Source: Paragordius varius (Eukaryota > Animalia > Nematomorpha). From it: a DNA stretch of 64,000 nucleotides. Position numbers and translations under genes: made by a program. Below are positions 12,401 through 24,800 of the stretch, piece by piece. The stretch's first letter is position 1, and each line of letters starts with the position of its first letter. The notes under the pieces are model-generated. The model was not told the origin of the DNA and searched no databases. It saw nothing but the letters and a program-made list of their open reading frames with translations. The stretch is from the NCBI GenBank assembly GCA_964247055.1, contig OZ176050.1, forward strand, positions 10,230,001 through 10,294,000, read 5' to 3'.

Positions 12401-15395
12401 TAATGATCCGTTAATAATATTGTGGTATAAAAACTACTTTAATTAATGATCACATTGTCTTATTGTGCAATGCACAAATAATTATGATATAATTAAAAAC
12501 TTCAGACAGATTAAGTTAAAATTTAGCTTTTTTCTCCTTCTAATTAAATTTCTGTTCCGCAGTTTTTGAGTTTTCTTACAATAAATACACTAAGCCTAAT
12601 TTTCGCACAAAGTCGTTAATTTGTGTCACTGTAATTTATTTTCGCTAGCGTATAATATAAAAAAAGTCCAAAATTAAATAATGAAATTTTGTGTTAAATT
12701 ATAGGGAAATATATGTTTAATTTCAACCATTTGTTGTTTTTTTACCGTTCGCTACTGTATTTGCAATGGAAGCAACGAAATGTTCATTGACATTATTAAA
12801 TTCTCTGTGAGAATTTTTTTTAAATTTTTTTAGAATATTATGTGTATCCTACTTTCCAAACATTATATGTCATATATTTAATTCAGCACTAATTTTTTGA
12901 TATATATACTAAAGAGGACATTTTTGAAAGCTGGTAAATTTCCCTGTTGTTATTTAGACTTTTTCACTTATAAATGCTTACATCAACATTAACCTAATTA
13001 CAACAAATGTTTGTGTGAAAAGTTGTTAGTATGAGTGTGTCCTAGTTTCAACAAACTTTTTGTTAGCATTTTGATATTATTCTGTCAAAAAAATGGTTTT
13101 TTATATGAAAGTTACATAATATAATACTCAATTTTTATCACATTGAACGGCGTCCATAGAGCCTTGAAATTAATTATAGGTCTTAAAAGCTCCAATTTGC
13201 ATAGTTTTCTTTATAAAAAATTTAGAATAAGACATAACTCAAAAATCAAATAGTTTATCATCATATGTAACCAATTTAATTTACAACATCTTTATATATA
13301 TTTATATATTTTTTTGCAAAATCTCTCTCTAGCGATTGAAGTTAACCTTTTCGAGCCATAAACCCGATCTCTATGAATACCCTTCGGAACAAAGCATACT
13401 GGATTATTTACTTGAATGTGAAAATGTCAAAGCCAGAATCCAAGCTTTCAACGCTAAAGCCGCCCAAGCTGCCCGCGAAGCTAATGAAGCCAGGCCACCT
13501 GTTCCGGACCGAACTACAAAGCGGTCCGCTAAAACATTTTATGGCACCGCTTCCCATTCAACCACAGATAATTCAAATCAAACCGATAATAAAAGTAGTA
13601 ATCTTGTTGTTGCTATTAAGAAAAAGGATGAACTGCCAGATTATTCTGAAGCAGCAATAAAATCCCACAACAAGGAGGACAATAAACTTGTCAACAATGA
13701 AGTGAAAACGAACGAAAAAAGATTGGATTTCAATGACTCTGCTAAAACACAAACGCCTACTAAGTTGCACATTAACACGCTGTTAAGAGAAAGTAAATAA
13801 TTATAATATACTTAATAGTGAGATAATGTACCAACTATTTTTTCTTATAAAGAAAGAAAAATGATATGTTTAAACAATTATTGTGAGAACTTTTTTATAC
13901 ATTAAATTCTATTAAAGAAAAAATATATTTTATTTTTAGCTTAAAAATAATTACCTAAACATATAATGATTGTATAAAAATGTATAAATAAAATTTTTTT
14001 AAATGATGTTTCAATAACAATAGCCAAACTATATTGTAAACCGGTTCATAAGTCCAAGGGAAAAAACTTTTTATCTTATATTAATTGAATATATAGTTTT
14101 CCAGATTAATCATTACATTATAGTAAAGTGTTTCAATTACGGTTAACGGTCTTGCTACTATGAAAAGTAGTTTTTTTGTTAAATTTTAATCAATCTATAA
14201 TGAATATATATATTTTCACTCCATTATTATTCCAAGTAAAATTGGTGTGTTAACAATGTTAAATATAAATATTTTTCATTCAATTAGTTTGGTGGCATCT
14301 ATCGTATAAAATAGGTTTAGAAATACCAATATAAGTATTAATCGTACATGTAAGATCGAACTGGTATAATTGAAAGCGTACCGATTCAAAACACTAATGG
14401 ATTTGTTTTTTTTTTTTTCAAGAATTAGGAGTTTAGAAAAAAATATATTTTATGGCAAATTATTTATATAAATGTGTGACTTAATATTTTTTAAAACTCT
14501 CACGTAAAGATGGTAAATAAATTATTTATTTGTTCCAAAAGTTAATGGGTTTATCCCCTTAATATGCGTTTTCGATTTGCGTCAAAGGGTTGAAAACAAA
14601 CATGCCAATTCACAAATATGTGTAAATGTGTAAAAATGAATGAAATTTTGGATATTAAAAAAATTGAGGAGATTATTATTGTGTAAACTCATGTTTATTA
14701 ACAAAAAATTCTTAGGCCCAGCCAGGGATTCCAGTAGCGATGTAACGGTCTTTCCTTACAAATCTTACATTTCATCACTCATGTTAATCAATAGTGATTG
14801 TTCATCGTCTCCAAAAAATAAAGTACTTTCACCAATTGTATCAAGCTCAACTCCTCCTATTAATTCTTCTCAAACTACTACTGAAAATTTACAAATGAAG
14901 GCCGTCGAAACAAAAAGAACGGACCAAATTAATTATCCTGCTACAGCTATAGCAACGACTACGGTAACTCCTGTCAAAATTAATAAGACAAATATTATAT
15001 CCAATTTAATTAATAATAATAATACTACCAATAATACTAACTTGCCTTTGTCTCAAAATCAATCACCTGCATTGATTAATACTAAAGCCGTATCACCATC
15101 ACCCATTAGTGAAAAATTGTCTAGTTTTACTCCAAAACACATGGATTTCAATATGTTCACCAATTTTAACAAAACCCTCACTAGCCCACCCAATAAAAGC
15201 AATGATAGTGATATGGCCAAAAGCACGATAAATGGGCATTTAAATGATTCCATAGAATCGAGTTTTGAAACCGATTATCAGAAACCACTTCAAGCAGGTT
15301 TTATTGAAAGTGATGAAGATATTGATGAGAATAGCCTTGCTCTGAGAGGAACTAAATGGTCGCAAACTGTGCAAACTTCTGATTTACTTTTTTAA
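5373..15395 (+). CDS. Taperin/phostensin-family PP1-binding protein, about 1077 aa, largely low-complexity
   Basis: Exons 5373-7221, 7334-7578, 13333-13792 and 14716-15395 join in frame through GT-AG introns (phases 1, 0, 1). The joined motif HGAYVKLAKHSFL...S|RLKLTFSSHKPDLYEYPSEQSILDYL resembles the taperin/phostensin KISF...YQYPSESS motif. The start Met and possible extra exons in the 5.75-kb intron are unverified. Confidence 0.7.
9412..9462. repeat. (TA)n microsatellite, about 25 units
   Basis: Uninterrupted TA run seen directly. Confidence 0.95.
10004..11017. mobile_element. Tc1/mariner-type non-autonomous element with long (~158-bp) TIRs
   Basis: TA|CAGTCATGTAGACTTTA... and ...TAAAGTCTACATGACTG|TA. 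Arms at about 10004-10161 and 10861-11017 are near-perfect reverse complements over the outer ~125 bp. Confidence 0.85.
10285..10763 (+). mobile_element. 5'-truncated piggyBac-type MITE inside the Tc1-type element
   Basis: Colinear with 3420-3907; ends ctggggtatatttggatacccc...aggtg|TTAA. Confidence 0.75.
11527..11659. mobile_element. Short TA-flanked MITE, CAGTAGCGTA family
   Basis: Inverted ends cagtagcgtgtggcataaaa...agtccata and tatggact...ttttatgccatacgctacta. Confidence 0.7.
12643..12757. mobile_element. Eroded CAGTAGCGTA-family MITE
   Basis: Right end aatttcaaccatttgttgtttttttaccgttcgctactg|TA is nearly identical to 56900-56938. Confidence 0.55.
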
Positions 15396-17756
15396 GAGCG
15401 ATTTGATTCATAATCATTTTTATCACTATATCTTCTTTTGTTTTATAAAACATACAGCTTACAATTTTAAAATGCTAATTTTTAATTATTATAATGTGAA
15501 ATGTGGAGGACAAATTTTTATTGAAAGACAAAAAACAAACAGCCTATTTAATTACTGATATACAATATAATTTGTAATTAGACATATAAACCTATCTATA
15601 TTTTAATTTATATTTTTAATATTTATAATTAGAGCTTGCTAATGATATTATTGCATCGTAATTTTTAACCTTTTTAAAGGCCAACCATGTGGTAGAATTC
15701 TATCATATATATATATACACACACACTAATCATGCATTTTAATCTTTGCATCAATTTCATGATTTGCGGAATAGTTCATTAATTAATAAAAATTATAGAC
15801 TTACACATACATTTTTAATTCTGAGTGGAATATCTTTCCTTATGATTATAAAATATAATAATTTTATAAACACTTTTGTGGACACATGGTTACAATTTAA
15901 CTATTTTATCTAATTAGTGTCACCACATTTTTTAAAAAAACAATGGTATTTAATCAGTTTGTATTGAGTGTACAGTATAAACCAAATTATATATTTTTTT
16001 GACTGATATAACTGAACAATGTTTCTCATGATATATTCGATATTAATGGTGAATGTAAACCCTTGTTATTAGATCTTGACATTAGATGGTTACATTTGGT
16101 GTCTTATTTACTGAATTTAATTATTCTCAGGGGCTAAGCAGCTTTTAAAATTTGGAGATCGAGATGGTTGAATAATATTATTCATAATTTGATTTCAAAG
16201 TTTTTACTCACTTTGTTGTATAACTAATAGCTAAAATTTATTGAGAGGAAACCCTTAAAGGCTTTATTATTTAACTACCCAAAAATGACGCTGTATGAAG
16301 CGAAATCAAATAAAATTTGATGGTTAAAAGAAAAGGCACATATAATAACAGGTAAAACAAACAAAAAATCAGGTTTTTATCAGTCATTTCTTTAACAGTG
16401 TTTTTTATAGTGTCAAACAACTAATTAAATATCAATGAAATATATCCATTTAATATTTATTTTATATGATATAACCAAAAGATTATAAGATCAATTGAAT
16501 GTTATTCTTCGTGCAAAACTAAAAATATGTGGACAACAGGTAAAATATTTTGGGTTTTTAAATAATCATTAATGCTCTTACCTAATTGACCAATGTTATC
16601 TATAATTATATTGACATTACAACATAAATATAAAACAATCATAATGAGTGACCCAACAAAAAGCAATTATATATAACATAAAGGTTTTTTGAATAGTTTT
16701 GAGGGCTAATTTTTTTGATAGACGTTAATTATGGGCTTTGAGGTGGCGAAAAGGTTTAGAGGTCAAAACTATATAAGAAAAATGATTGCAAAAAATGGGC
16801 CAAATAACTGATTATCAATAATTGGATAATATATTAGATCGAATTAAAATGTTTCTAAATATTGAATTTTCTCATTATTTAACCTTCATTTTTCATAAAT
16901 TTACTAATAAAATTTTAAATTCAATTAATATTATTCCATCAAGTGTACATAAAGGGTAAATCTTGTTATGGGCCATTTATTATAATTCAATTATAAACAT
17001 AGAAGTTAGCATAATATATATTTTGTTTTAATTATGTCAGAGCTTATAAAATTTCCTAAAGTTTAGTTAAAAAACCTTTTCAAAATTAAAATATAAATGT
17101 CAAAAATAAGAAAACACTTTTTGGCCTATTTAATTTTACAAATATTTTTTCCAGTTTCTATAGTCCCTTCTTACTCTATCTAAAAATATAATTCTCCTAA
17201 AACTTAGGATTCCAAAATATTATAATATAAACATAATTTTATTATTATTTCAAGAGGGGGCGCAAATGTTAGGTAGGCCACTCATAATATTCTGCAGAGG
17301 TTATTTTAATTAGGAGTTCATTTTAATTATAATACCTTGAAGTGGTGCTACTATGTCTTATAATAATAAATTTAATTATTTCATATAACATTTTTTAATT
17401 ATGATAAAAGGATCTTAATATATATTTTCTATGCTTTGTAAAAAATGAAACATCATTTATCCGGTTTTTTCGATATTTTTTGATATAACTTTTCGTGTTT
17501 TATTACATGGAATAAATTGTCAAACTATTTCGTACAAATACTTAAATTTATTATTTTTATACTAGAAACCTTGGTATTTATTTGAAAAGTTTATTTTAAA
17601 TTTATATTGCCAAAAAAATAAATATACCTTCAAGAGAATCAATAATTCCTAATATATTTAAAATATACATTAAATGTGATTGTTTGTATTTTTTATGGTA
17701 AAGTATAAAATATTTAAGTGAGTGGGTAACGACTAGTTTTCGGTAATGTTAATGTA

Positions 17757-18048
17757 TACCATTTACAATTCCTTAAATTCAAATTCACCCACGAACAGTT
17801 CAAATTAACCCTTGAATTTCAATTTACCCTAAAAATAAATTATGTGTTTTCAGGCTAATATAACTCATCATAAATAAGAAATATATTCTTATGACATAGT
17901 TTATTATTTTTTAGTATTATATTAATTTTAAACGTCATTTTATAAAAATATAAAAAAATATAGGTAATTTTTAATCTTAGAGCGTGAATTTGAATTGTTC
18001 AAGGGTGAATTTAAATTGTTTAAGGGTGAATTTGAACTGTCAATAGTA
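17757..18048. mobile_element. MITE with 21-nt tandem repeats in both inverted arms
   Basis: TA|TACCATTTAC... and ...TCAATAGTA|TA; AAATTCACCC(TTGAACAATTC) units on the left, reverse-complement units on the right. Confidence 0.7.
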
Positions 18049-18907
18049 TATAACTAATTATTTGATTTCCATTTTAGTCAGGGCCATATATTATTTTCAA
18101 ACAGAAAATTTTTGTATATATTGTGCAGTATAGCCCCTATATACCGATTGTGAGAATTTGCTAAATATCCATATTCTGATCCTTTTTAAATTTAATTATT
18201 GATTTCGAAATAATATTCTGTTTTTATTCATATTAAGGCAGGGTTTGAATGCACCCATAAATTAAAAGATCCCTCCCTACACACTATTTGGTTTTTCCAG
18301 TCATTCTTTATCCTAACTTAACGAACATTGAACGATCTCTCTCTATTCCATATAATTTAATAACCTACTAACGAGTATTTAAAACATCAGGTGTGTGGTC
18401 TGATATAATATGAATTCACTTTTAGCACTCAGCAGGCGAAAGCTTAGTTTTTAAAAAAGGAAAAAAGATGAAAGCTGTATATTATATAAGGGTTTTAGAT
18501 ACGTATCAATAAGATTATAATAATTAATCCTATTATATTAATTAGATCAATTTTTAATATATTTCATTGATTAATCAATTTAAAGATTTAAACTATAAAC
18601 CTTGCAAGTTATCTGGATGGGCTATATAAATAATATATTATGTATCAATATTCTGATGCTTCATCAAATTGATTTGACCAGCAAAAACGATAAAAACCAA
18701 AGAGTACAATAGTTGATAGTTCTTTCACTAAAAAAATAATAATCACCTCTTAATATATTTCTTAGAGGGACCTCTTTACTTAGCTATTACATTCTTTATT
18801 TTAATAAAATTTGTGTTGTAAAATCCATGACTGAGAAGATATACCATCAGTTATTAAATTGGAAGACAGTCATTTTTTATGATATTTATTATTATATTAC
18901 TCTATCA

Positions 18908-19139
18908 CAGGGGTCTAACACAAATGGTTTCGATGGCCGCCTTGGGAATTAATATATATTTTATTAGATTTCAAACATAAGAGTGTAAAAACTACTATTT
19001 TTTACAACATTTATGGCTAGTTAATTGCGAAATCCAGAATGATTTATTCAGAAAATTTGTTTAAATCTACTTAAATTTTGTAGATATTTGAAATTTCACG
19101 CGGGCAAAAATATTTTGCAGGGCCGGTCGGACACCCCTG
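18908..19139. mobile_element. hAT-type MITE, 232 bp
   Basis: Perfect 8-bp TSD CTCTATCA (18900-18907, 19140-19147); termini CAGGGGTCTAAC and GGACACCCCTG. Confidence 0.9.
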
Positions 19140-20835
19140 CTCTATCATATTACAGATCAACCCTCTGTAAATTTGGTATTGCAAAAAACTTGGACATTAC
19201 TATAAAATTGGAGAGAATGATTCATAAAAGTTTTTTTTATTATTAACTGCGTAAATTGATAATAAAACCTGTGGAATATTCGCTCATTTCTATCATGATA
19301 GAACAATTTTATACAACATTTAAGCTACCTGTGAGAGCCAAATTCATATCTACCATATTCGAATCGCAATATATTTATTAAAATTTATTGATTACAAAAT
19401 ATAATTTTTACCATCAACCAAAATTTGTAAGTCTAAAAAAGGTTGTTTATAATTAAAACTTTCTGCTCCATTTCGCAAAGCTACAAATTATGTTTTATAT
19501 TTGATAATATACATTAAGACTAAAAAATGTGGATGGATCTATTTCATATTACTTTGGAAAAAATCTAAATTTTAGTTCTAAATAATTTATACTATAATTA
19601 TTGTAGGCTAGAAAATTAAATTTAAATTGATTGAGATACCTTGAACCATATTTTGTGGACCTTATAAAAAAAGGATATAATTAATTATATAAATGTACAT
19701 AATGCTAAGCCACCAAAATTAAATATATAATGTTATCCATAGTTCAGGAAATCAGTTATTTATCCTCAAAATTACATATTAAAAACACTAAAGTATGTTT
19801 TATGTGATTAAGGTGTTGGATTTTGATCGAACTTAGGTTTAAGTTATTATATCAGATATTTAGCTATATTTATAAACACTGCAACGCAATTGTGATAGGT
19901 ATAACATTCAAAATATTTTAAAATTAATAAAGAAAGTAATTTTGTTAACATCGCTTTGTTTTATATACAAGTTATCAAACTTAATTTTAAATTTTAAGTG
20001 GTAAAAAAACTTGTTCATACCCACTGTGTTGAAAACTATAATTAGAATATCATAATAAAATTATTGATAATATCGGTACCAAGCTAATTACTAAACATAC
20101 TGCTAATTACATGCGATGTTGGATCACCTTTGGTGAACTAACAGCAGTGGCCCGTTTTGAATGTTCGCAAAATCTATTCCGCAATGAGTGTTTTACAAAG
20201 GCATGTCAATTTAAAAGTTCTGTTACTTTTACTAAGTGTATTCTTAAGATTATGATATCTTAATTTGAAGTCTAAGCATTGCCACAAATACACCCTTACT
20301 TATCTGTAACACAATATTTGCCAAAAAAAATTTTTAGCGATTAAATACTGTGCATATTGACTGGGTAAAGTACTATTTTCTGAAGAGTGGAAATCAAGAA
20401 AAAATAGATAATTAATTAAATAAGCGCATGGTCTAAGATTTTTACTTAAATAGATATTAAATATAAGTCCCAATTTTTTATACTACGTAATTAAGCCAAA
20501 CAAATTACAATGCATGCATATTAAATTTTAACTAATATTATCTTAATTATGTTTATTTTTATTTATGTATATAATTTTGTGTATGAAATGACCAAGCTTT
20601 CTAAAAATATTTGCTTCCTTTTATGAGACAAAACCAAATTACGATCCGATGAGGACTTTAAAAACTTATAGGTAGTGTTGTATAAGATCGGTTTTTTGAT
20701 ATAATCATGTGTGATAACACTCTCAGGAAATACATATTAGTACCTAAAAAGGGAGAGATTGGAACAACATGGTCCATAACTAGAAATTAATTATAATAAT
20801 AAATATGAATAATTTTGTAAATATTCATTTTATAT

Positions 20836-21157
20836 TAGGAATGCCCAACATAAATGGCTACGCGGGCCGCATTCAAAAATATTTGGGAATAAGAAATATC
20901 TCATTAGATTTTATAACAAAAAATTTAAAAAAGTTGCAAAACAACATATATGCTCTTTATTTCACTAATTTTCGCAAGTTCGTTTGATATTCGGAAAGAC
21001 TTACTCAAAAATATCAATTTTAGTAAGATTTATTTTAAATAGCAATTTGAATTATGGAGTTCCGTATTTATTTGATCATTTTACAAATTCTTTTAAGCCG
21101 TATAAAATGTTTCAGCGACCCGCATGCGGTCGGAGTGGAGAGTGTTGGACATCCCTT
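20836..21157. mobile_element. Eroded hAT-type MITE
   Basis: Termini taggaatgcccaac and gttggacatccctt; subterminal GCGGGCCGCAT; shares tcggaaagactta with the 26001 copy; TSD imperfect. Confidence 0.65.
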
Positions 21158-21866
21158 ATTTATTAATAAAAAAAAGAGTGTTGGCTTTGAGATAATTTTC
21201 TGGAGTAGGCCCATTCATATTAAGAAGTCAATGTTTTAATTTCTTTATAAAAGCGTCAAGCATAGTCTGCCATTTAATCATCTAAGTTAAGCCCCACCCC
21301 GTGTAAAAACAGATTTTTTAAAAATACAAGCCCCAAAAAATCGCGTCTTTGAGAGACAATATTTCGAAAAACGTTTAGAATGGCTCATTCAAATTTAATA
21401 AGGTTTTTCACTTATTTTTCGTGAATTCACCGAATATGGCCAGCGAATTATCCATAACCGCCCTCCCTGTGAAATGGCTTTTTTTGCAAAAAAACAGCAA
21501 AAATAATTTTCTGAACAATATTCTACCAAAGTTATGGGACCATATAAAATCAATCGTGGTTTTAGATATTCCTAGCAGGGCAAAAAATTTAGCTTCGCAC
21601 TTTTATTTAATTAGTGGCTTTGCACTTTTTTATGGTGCTAGTGATCGATCCTTTGTAAAAAGCGCCACCTTAAAAATAACGTAGATGTTAATTTTCGATC
21701 AAATTATGATAAATTTTCAGTTGACCCCATAAAGGCATAATTTTTCCAGTATTTTTTAAGCTCTTGGTAGGGAGGCCCAACCCTACGTTTAATATGCAAC
21801 CTAGAAATAACGCTTTAAAGCTTTTCTGTGATAATTTTTAAGGAACCTAAATAATTTGAATTCTAC

Positions 21867-24800
21867 TTGTGGAAATATAAATTATTGTGTGACGAATCTG
21901 ATGATCATCTAAATATAAAAGAAATAAATGAAAATAAAAGATTTAAAAGAAAGACATATGAGATTAATTACACCAAGCTCCAATGTATTGAGCTATAATA
22001 AATATTAAAAATATGCATAGTAAATTCATTATTTTTTACAAAATTAATAGTAAAATTATACGTTCTTTAAAAAATAAAAATTACTTAAATCTCGAATCCG
22101 TTGTCGCCTAACCGTAATTTCAGGAGGCTCGGTTTCTAAATATATATATTGATTCTAGATTCTTGGAAGTTAAAATATTTTAAACAATATTATTATACTT
22201 ACCAAACGAATCTGCAGATTCAGTTTCTTAATATAAATATTAACGTTTAAAAAATTATTATTATTATGAATATTTTATCCTATATGCCTCAGAGTGGATA
22301 ATGAACTTTTAATTTGGATTACATATAGTAAATATGGAAAAAGAAGCTAATTAGTTGAGTAGATTACCTTCTGATGTATGCGATTCTCTTTCAGCTCCAT
22401 TAGAATTCTCGCTTTCCATATTATTAGGATTATCGATTTGATTGTTATTGGTCGGATTGTTGGCATTGTTTGAATCCAATATGTTTTCACCTTGTAGCGA
22501 ATTGGAAGAAAACGATTCGACATTGTCAAAACTGGTGAAAGATGACGAATGTGCTACATTTGAGATAAAGAATATCTCATTATGAATATTTATAATAATT
22601 GTCACTCCTTATTTATGATGAATGTCCGTTTCTTGTTAAGACAGTATAAAAACGGTCATTTTGAACAGTGACATGAGTTAAGTTTTTTCATGCAATATTT
22701 ACACCAATTAAATTAATGAAGATTGATACGTTTTAAACAGAGCTTCGTTAAATATATATTTACAATCAAGAAAAAATATAATTTTTTAGCAAAGCAATAG
22801 GTTTATGTGGCTAAGCAATGTATCGGATTTTTTAGTATCATATTACAATTCGTTATGGATAGTATAAATCCGTAATTATAGCCAAACCTTTATAAATACT
22901 TTTTTACAATTCGATAAAAGATCTATCTTTAATTTGATGGAATTTTAGGGCTCTAAAGCCGGTATTCAAGGCCAAAATGGCGTCAAAAAATATAATCAAA
23001 ATATTCGTGCAAATAAATTCCGTAATCTGAGAGGTAGATCGTTTTTTTCTGCATTGAATTGTATGGAAAAAGTTATAATATATATTGGATTTTTTGTAAA
23101 AATTATACGTAGCTACCGCTTTGGTGCAAATTGTCGAAACATTTTTTTAAAAAACGGAAGGTTTAAATTTTTTCACGGCGATATATTGGGTAAATTGTAT
23201 ATATATATAGAGTTTAAATATGATTGTTAATTTTTACCGCATATTAATAAGATTTTATGATGATTCAAATTGATTTTTTAGTTTATTTTCTTGTAAGTCT
23301 TTCTAGAATCCTACGAAAAAAAGCAAAATCTCAATTAATAATATTTTGCGTTTAGAATTATATTTGTGCTAGATTAAGACAAACAAAATTTAGTTGACGC
23401 GTATTCCTCTATTGTATTTAATTTTATTTGAACTAATGTGCGGTAAAATACGATTTTTTGATTTTAGCTAACAGAAAAATATAAATAAGTTTGTATCTAG
23501 TATTTTAACCTCATATATCATTTTACAGTCATGTATATGTAGAATTGACAGAAATTCGTTTTTAAATGATTATAATTTGTTTTTGATTGTTTTAATGTTT
23601 GATATGTCAACTTTCAACATGCGCATTTTTTAGCATTAAAATAATAATAGCTTATTTATTGTAAACAATTAAAAACAAAGTAAAATCAATTAAAAACGTA
23701 TATATGACAATTCTAATCATACATGACTGTAATATTCATTATCCTAGAGCTTTTAGTTATGGATTTATATGATTTATTAACATTTATATTTTGCTGCGCA
23801 GCGTACAGCGATCAGTATATTATCCCATATAGCAGTTCGTTAGGAGATTTTAATTGGATATATTTGATCGAATTCTATATTCGAAAACTTTTATACATTC
23901 GTCATCTAAAATTTTTAGATTTTAATTGCATTTTTGCAACTGACAATGTGGCATTTTGCTAGGTGAAGCGCGAATAAAAAATGGTCATAAATTAAATAAT
24001 TAAAATTATTGACAAAAAAATTGTAAATAATATTGTTTGGTTAAATCATGGGCACCTAACCGGGACTAATATAAAAACATGTTATTATCTTAGGTAATAC
24101 AAATATATTTTGGGTTATTTCAAATGTCCAATTATGTTATTCCGATATTCACATTAAAGCCATCTCACTGTTTGCCTGGAACTACTCCTAAGTTGAGTTG
24201 CAGCAGCTAAATATAAAAAAGTGTCCCAACCTGCACATGAAACAATACAGAAGGGAAATGGTTCACATTAGAAATTAGAAAATAAAACTAATTCTAATTC
24301 GTCTCCTAATTAAATTTCACAATATATTTAGGTAATTTGATTCGCATTGACAAATTTAAAAAAAACTTACAGGGTGCTATGGATGGTATTCCAAGACTAG
24401 CCATAGAAATCGCTAAAAAAATAAAAATAATGTGTGATGTCAATAAAGATTATTTGAAAATGAGTTATTTTACAATTCATTATATATACGAATTTTTGTT
24501 TTATATCATTGAAAATTTGAATATGGCCTTATTACAATATTTTAATTTATGTATTAGAATGCATTGTATAAATTAACCAAAATAAGCATGAAATTTGAAA
24601 TTATTGATAAGAATCATTTTATGTACCATATAAGTTTAAATCGTACCTTGATTAACACTACTGATTGTTGCTGAGGTAATGGAAGACCCACTAACGAATA
24701 AAAAAGAAACATATCCAATTACTAAAATAGATTACTGTAAATTATACCAGAGATTTCACCTAAAAAGTCAAATTTAAAAATTTCACGTAATTATTTACCG

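Noticed and set aside
5917-15253. Antisense or alternate-frame ORFs at 5917, 6314, 7314, 13373, 13573 and 15059
   Set aside because: They are shadows of the taperin-like coding exons and have no motifs of their own.
20111-20263. 50-aa Cys-containing plus-strand ORF (MRCWITFGE...)
   Set aside because: No recognisable motif, splice context or partner exons; it cannot be supported without a database search.
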